Virus record (IMG/VR): IMGVR_UViG_3300042455_001086
Location: 193,167 to 257,166 of that record
Direction: 5' to 3' (one strand)
DNA: 64,000 nt
Under the pieces are notes generated by a model, which saw nothing but the letters and a program-made list of their open reading frames with translations, made no database searches and was not told where the DNA came from. Numbering within the stretch: the stretch's first letter is position 1; each line of letters starts with the position of its first letter. The translations under genes and the position numbers were made by a program. Below are positions 59,730 through 64,000 of the stretch, piece after piece.

Positions 59730-60976
59730 ACTATTATTTTTTCATATCTATCACTCCATTGTTTTTCTTCATCGAAGAGATACATAATTATTTTATTTGG
59801 TCTATCCGCTGATTCAAAAAAAGCTCTAAATTTGTTTATTTCTAGATTAACATATTGAGGGTCGTTTTCTAATGTAAAATCTCTTCTATATAGTTCAGCA
59901 CCACTACTATTTGCAACCGCAAAAGTTAAAAACCTTTTATTTATAAAATTATACTTTTTGAAAAAATTTAAATCCCAATCTACCTCAAAATTATACACAT
60001 TTTTGATAAATTGGTTTTCCCAATCAATAGGATTTGGTGGTTCTTTAACTTTTAGAGTATAGTCTTGGATTATACATTTTTTAAAATCAAATCCTCCATA
60101 AACTTCATAATCGTGTAAAGTTCTTTTATTACCCAAACAATAAATACCCATATCAATATCACCCTCATCAGTTCCAAAAAGTTGTCTTGTCTTTTCTCTA
60201 GCAAAAACATCTCTTTGTCCACTGGTTTTTTGTGTTTTACTTTCCTTACCGTGATCTTCCCAATGCTTCGGTCTGTAATTTCTTGTATATTCATGCCACA
60301 TAACCATTCTATATGGACTAAAAAAGTCATAACCATTTGTATATGCTCTAGCACTTAGTGTTGTTTCCTCAACATAACCACCAAAATAAATATCAGGATC
60401 ATATGGTACTTCTTCGATAAATTTTCCATATGTAAAATAAAAATGTCCACTTATTGTTCTTGCTCTAATTATTTTGTCTCTTTCTTTATAATCTTGAATA
60501 TACCAAGGCATTGACATTAAAAGTTTGTCAGAACTAAACTCATATTGAGACATTAATGTTGGTGTTTTATTCCACTTATCTTTATCTTCATTCGGATCAA
60601 ATGGTGTGCAATATGTTGTAATAATAGGTTTTTCGGACACTTCTAATGCTTGATTAAAATCCTCCAAGACAATTTCATCCCAATTTTCAACAAACCTATG
60701 ATGTGAGTCGATTTGTAATGTATATTTTTCTCCACCATATAGTAAATTTGTCACATTTCTAGCCCAACCTAAACCTTGACTTTCTGAATAGTGATATTTT
60801 TTAATCCTAAAATTTGGATTACTATCATATTTAGTAATATCTTCGGTTTCATCGTATTGCCAACAAATCCCAAAAATTAAATTTTCTGGGTGTTTAGCTT
60901 TTTTTAACATATCCTCAATTGTTGGTATAAGCTGGGGATCTCTATAACTTGCGATTTGAACGAAAATTTTATCCAT
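59726..60976 (-). CDS. GT60-like polypeptide/hydroxyproline GlcNAc transferase (GlcNAc, Skp1 Gnt1 type)
   Basis: IFVQIASYRDP, GLGWAR, EKYTLQIDSHHRF..NWD, EVPYDP..FGG..EE..RAYTNGYD..P..WHEY. Confidence 0.8.
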   Translation of the reverse strand: MDKIFVQIASYRDPQLIPTIEDMLKKAKHPENLIFGICWQYDETEDITKYDSNPNFRIKKYHYSESQGLGWARNVTNLLYGGEKYTLQIDSHHRFVENWDEIVLEDFNQALEVSEKPIITTYCTPFDPNEDKDKWNKTPTLMSQYEFSSDKLLMSMPWYIQDYKERDKIIRARTISGHFYFTYGKFIEEVPYDPDIYFGGYVEETTLSARAYTNGYDFFSPYRMVMWHEYTRNYRPKHWEDHGKESKTQKTSGQRDVFAREKTRQLFGTDEGDIDMGIYCLGNKRTLHDYEVYGGFDFKKCIIQDYTLKVKEPPNPIDWENQFIKNVYNFEVDWDLNFFKKYNFINKRFLTFAVANSSGAELYRRDFTLENDPQYVNLEINKFRAFFESADRPNKIIMYLFDEEKQWSDRYEKIIV

Positions 60977-61061
60977 ATATAATTTTTTAATAAAAAAATA
61001 TGGAATAAAATAAAAAGTTGAATGGTTAAATAATTATTATTTTATATAACACCCACCGAAA

Positions 61062-61095
61062 AAACCCACAAATCTTTAGTTCGTGAGTGGTTCAA
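61062..61095 (+). mobile_element. Degenerate solo IS200/IS605-type right end
   Basis: AAACCCACAAA-TCTTTAG-TTCGTGAGTGGTTCAA has the same loop and GTTCA end as the element at 43947-43980. Confidence 0.45.
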
Positions 61096-61110
61096 TAAGT
61101 TGATTTTGAT

Positions 61111-62142
61111 TTAACAACCATCTGTCCTTATTATACATCCGGTTGAAATATTATAAGTAAAGGTTCCTAAACATTGTGGTGTTCGTGGTATTGCACATTG
61201 TTGGACTACTAATAATGGTGGTAATGGGAATGTGTATGTGGCGACTAAAGAACCGCCGACATTTGTAAATCCATAATTACCATCGGAAACCATTGTTCCG
61301 CCGGAATAAACATACATAGCAAGATTAATAACACCAGTTCCTAAGCTTGTATACCAATGGGCTTTTGCTGTAAATTGAATTGTTGGTGCTGAAGGAAATG
61401 CCGTTTTAATATCATTTACTTTAAAATACACCGATTCACTTCCACCTGAGCTTGTATTATCGCCACCCCAATACATATAAGGACCACTAGGAGTAGAACT
61501 ATAGCAAAAACCTAAAGGCCCATTTATTGTTGGTTGTGTTAAAGTTGTTACAGTATCTAAGTCCACCCCCGAACCAGATGGAAATTCATAAACAAAGACT
61601 AAATAATCACCAAGAGCACAAATAGGTGCTACTGGTGTTGGTGTTGGTGTTGGAGGACAAGTTGGTGTTGGACAAAATTGGTTTGAACTACAAGGATCGC
61701 CAATTGTTATTGTAAGATTTGTTTCATTTGTTGGGTTTGAACCACAAGTATAATATGTTATACCACTTTGAATTATAACATCCAAAACATTATTACCATT
61801 ACAATCAGTATAATCAAATGAACCATTGTTTGTTGATGTGTTATCAGCTGTAATACACCTACATAGACTTGTTGGAGTTGGTGTAGGTGTTGCGGTTGGT
61901 GTTGGAGTAGGTGTAGGTGTTGTTGGACAAGAATAATGTTGGAAAGTTTCACAACCATCGTCATCACTTACAATAACAATAACTGAATTTGCAACATCTA
62001 AAGGGGCTGGAACATTAAAAGTGTATGGGACTGAACTAAATGTTCCTGGAACATTAAAACAATTTGTTATTGATATATTACAAACTTGAGCCTGATATGG
62101 CGCATTACCCGTTACTCCTGTTATTGTTATTTGGTGTGGCAT
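61111..62142 (-). CDS. Cys-rich multidomain protein with mucin-like (PT)n linkers
   Basis: CPTTPTPTPTPTATPTPTPTS and CPTPTCPPTPTPTP separating three Cys-containing beta domains. Confidence 0.7.
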   Translation of the reverse strand: MPHQITITGVTGNAPYQAQVCNISITNCFNVPGTFSSVPYTFNVPAPLDVANSVIVIVSDDDGCETFQHYSCPTTPTPTPTPTATPTPTPTSLCRCITADNTSTNNGSFDYTDCNGNNVLDVIIQSGITYYTCGSNPTNETNLTITIGDPCSSNQFCPTPTCPPTPTPTPVAPICALGDYLVFVYEFPSGSGVDLDTVTTLTQPTINGPLGFCYSSTPSGPYMYWGGDNTSSGGSESVYFKVNDIKTAFPSAPTIQFTAKAHWYTSLGTGVINLAMYVYSGGTMVSDGNYGFTNVGGSLVATYTFPLPPLLVVQQCAIPRTPQCLGTFTYNISTGCIIRTDGC

Positions 62143-62243
62143 TTATATATTTTTTCTAATTCACAACGATATAAACTATTATTTTTATTTTAAATAATGA
62201 TGTTAATCACAACAATTAATATATTACTTAAATTCATTTTTAA

Positions 62244-62567
62244 TTAGTTTGTAAATGTGTTATAAAAATTATCAAATATTAATTTTTCTGAATCAGATAA
62301 ATTATCATAAAGTGTTTCTTGTGTATTTTCTAACTTTGTAATATGTACTTTCATCGTTACAAACCTAATCACAGGGTTTTTAGCAACATAAATTTGGTTG
62401 AAATCTTCATTAGTTTTTTGATTAATCAATTGATTAAAATTATTATACGATGTTAATAAATCACCAGATAAGTCAGATATGGTAAAATATTTTTGTTCTT
62501 GTGTGTTTAAATTCTGAATAACAAGAAAATTTAGTTCTAAAAAAATATCTATTTTATAATTTTCCAT
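62244..62567 (-). CDS. Hypothetical protein (possible fibre chaperone)
   Basis: 107-aa ORF immediately after the beta-helix fibre gene. Confidence 0.55.
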   Translation of the reverse strand: MENYKIDIFLELNFLVIQNLNTQEQKYFTISDLSGDLLTSYNNFNQLINQKTNEDFNQIYVAKNPVIRFVTMKVHITKLENTQETLYDNLSDSEKLIFDNFYNTFTN

Positions 62568-64000
62568 TTATATTAATATATTACCTTGATTATCGTGTGT
62601 ATTAGTAATTCCTTGTGTAACATTAATGTTAATTGGTGTCGTTGCACCTCGGAATGAATTATTTGCATATTTAACAGTAATCGATCCGGCACCTACTATA
62701 CAATTTGCGGACGCGTTAGTTACTGAGATGGAACAATTTGTAACCTCAACTCCAGCACCATTTAGTAAAATACCATGTCCTGACGCATTATTCCAAGCGT
62801 TTTCTATTGAACAATTATAAAACCTAGCGGGATAAGTAGTATCTGAAATTGTCGCATTTCCAGCACTTCTAAAAGTACAATCGTAGAATGAAGAAATTGT
62901 AAAAAATGGTCTAACTGCAACACCAGTACTTGAAGATGTTCCAATTGAATTCCAAGCATTGCTTTGGTAATATGCAATTCCTGTAACCGTTGATGCAACA
63001 CAATTAAAGGCACTAGATGTGATAGCTCTTCCTGAATTTGAAAAAGAATAACAATTTATTGCTGTTCCACCAACAATACCATTTGAAGATGTTGTTATAA
63101 CAGTACAATCTCTAGCAGTATCACCTTGATTACTATAATTTAATGATATTGCAACACCCGACACTGTTTTTACATATGTATTTTCAATCACACTACCACC
63201 AGTTATATTTGCGGTTGAGTATCCACCTCCTGTTCCAGTATTTTCTATTCTACTATTTCTTATATTATTAACCGAAAATACATCAGGAAATAAAAATCCA
63301 GAACTATTTCCTATAACTTCTATTCCATCAAATACCCAACCGTATATACCAAAACCAGTTGTTGTAACTATTGGTGCAGTACCTGTTGTTGTTGTGTAAG
63401 TTACGGTTAGATTATAACATTTAAAAGTTAATGTAGTCGCAAAAACTGTTCCATCGGCCGAAAATATCACACCAGTTGATGTTGCAGTATTTGAGCGTCT
63501 TATGTTCATATTATAGAAAAAATAAGTACCACTACCAGGACTTGTTGAAAATACATTACCTGTATTTCCCGAATATGTATATGTGTGACCATTACCATAT
63601 AAAATGACATTTGGTTTTAAGGTTACTGTTGTTGTTGCAGTAACATCTGCAAACATTTCAATAGTTTGTCCAGTAGTTGCTGCTGACATAGCCGCAGATA
63701 ATGTTGAGTAGTAAGTATAAACTCCTAATGTATTAGATACACCAAAAGGTCCTGTTGAAATTGATGCTGATATTGTAAAGTTTGAATTACTTCCAGTGAT
63801 AGTAATATTTGATCCAGGGGTTAATCCACTTATAGGTAAATTTTGATATGTCGTTGCCGATATTGTAGTTGCTGTTAAACCTTGTAATGATGTATTACCA
63901 CTAACAGTTAAATTTCCACCAATACTTGTATCACCAGTAATAGTATATGATCCTGGTAATGTTTTACTATTAACCCATAAATTATCACCAGAGTTTGCAC
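62568..64000 (-). CDS. Tailspike/fibre-like protein with right-handed beta-helix head (5' end outside window)
   Basis: Frame stays open upstream of 63689 to the edge (..GNTSLQGLTATTISATTYQNLP..YYSTLSAAMSAATTGQTI); GI/NC-rich beta-helix repeats. Confidence 0.65.
   Translation of the reverse strand, partial: ANSGDNLWVNSKTLPGSYTITGDTSIGGNLTVSGNTSLQGLTATTISATTYQNLPISGLTPGSNITITGSNSNFTISASISTGPFGVSNTLGVYTYYSTLSAAMSAATTGQTIEMFADVTATTTVTLKPNVILYGNGHTYTYSGNTGNVFSTSPGSGTYFFYNMNIRRSNTATSTGVIFSADGTVFATTLTFKCYNLTVTYTTTTGTAPIVTTTGFGIYGWVFDGIEVIGNSSGFLFPDVFSVNNIRNSRIENTGTGGGYSTANITGGSVIENTYVKTVSGVAISLNYSNQGDTARDCTVITTSSNGIVGGTAINCYSFSNSGRAITSSAFNCVASTVTGIAYYQSNAWNSIGTSSSTGVAVRPFFTISSFYDCTFRSAGNATISDTTYPARFYNCSIENAWNNASGHGILLNGAGVEVTNCSISVTNASANCIVGAGSITVKYANNSFRGATTPININVTQGITNTHDNQGNILI

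Noticed and set aside
56765-60976. Glycosyltransferase cassette as a DNA hypermodification system
   Set aside because: No hydroxymethylase, TET/JBP or nucleotide kinase nearby, and GT60/Glf point to protein or surface glycans; not excluded without the rest of the genome
1-64000. Stop-codon reassignment as in some jumbo phages
   Set aside because: Long intact ORFs and high coding density under the standard code; TAA, TAG and TGA all terminate genes

Overview
AT-rich (roughly 30% GC), gene-dense segment of a large T4-like/jumbo myophage genome, standard genetic code, mostly on the minus strand. It contains baseplate genes (gp6-, gp25-, gp53-, hub- and tube-initiator-like), tape measure, tail chaperone, tube, sheath and neck genes. 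A replication block encodes class II RNR, DnaB-like helicase, 5'-3' exonuclease, an intein-containing C5 methyltransferase, RecA-like, gp32-like SSB, SNF2 helicase and PolB. There are several free-standing or decayed homing endonucleases and IS200/IS605 end remnants. The right end holds fibre/adhesin-like genes surrounding a four-gene glycosylation cassette. Best candidate for an undescribed system: phage-encoded mucin-type O-glycosylation of the virion (GT60-like polypeptide GlcNAc transferase + GT4 + FkbM methyltransferase + UDP-Galp mutase), with Pro/Thr mucin-like tracts in the tail sheath and an adjacent Cys-rich protein. Other highlights: a zincin-MnSOD-nuclease putative polyprotein, three nuclease/Mom-like GNAT fusions, an LRR protein with conserved framework and variable cassettes, a +1 frameshift signal in the tail chaperone, a T11 tract breaking a neck gene, an orphan TnpB omegaRNA-like end, and a TATTTAT motif ahead of about 20 genes. 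All assignments come from motif reading by eye; no searches were run. No tRNA, rRNA or CRISPR array was seen.
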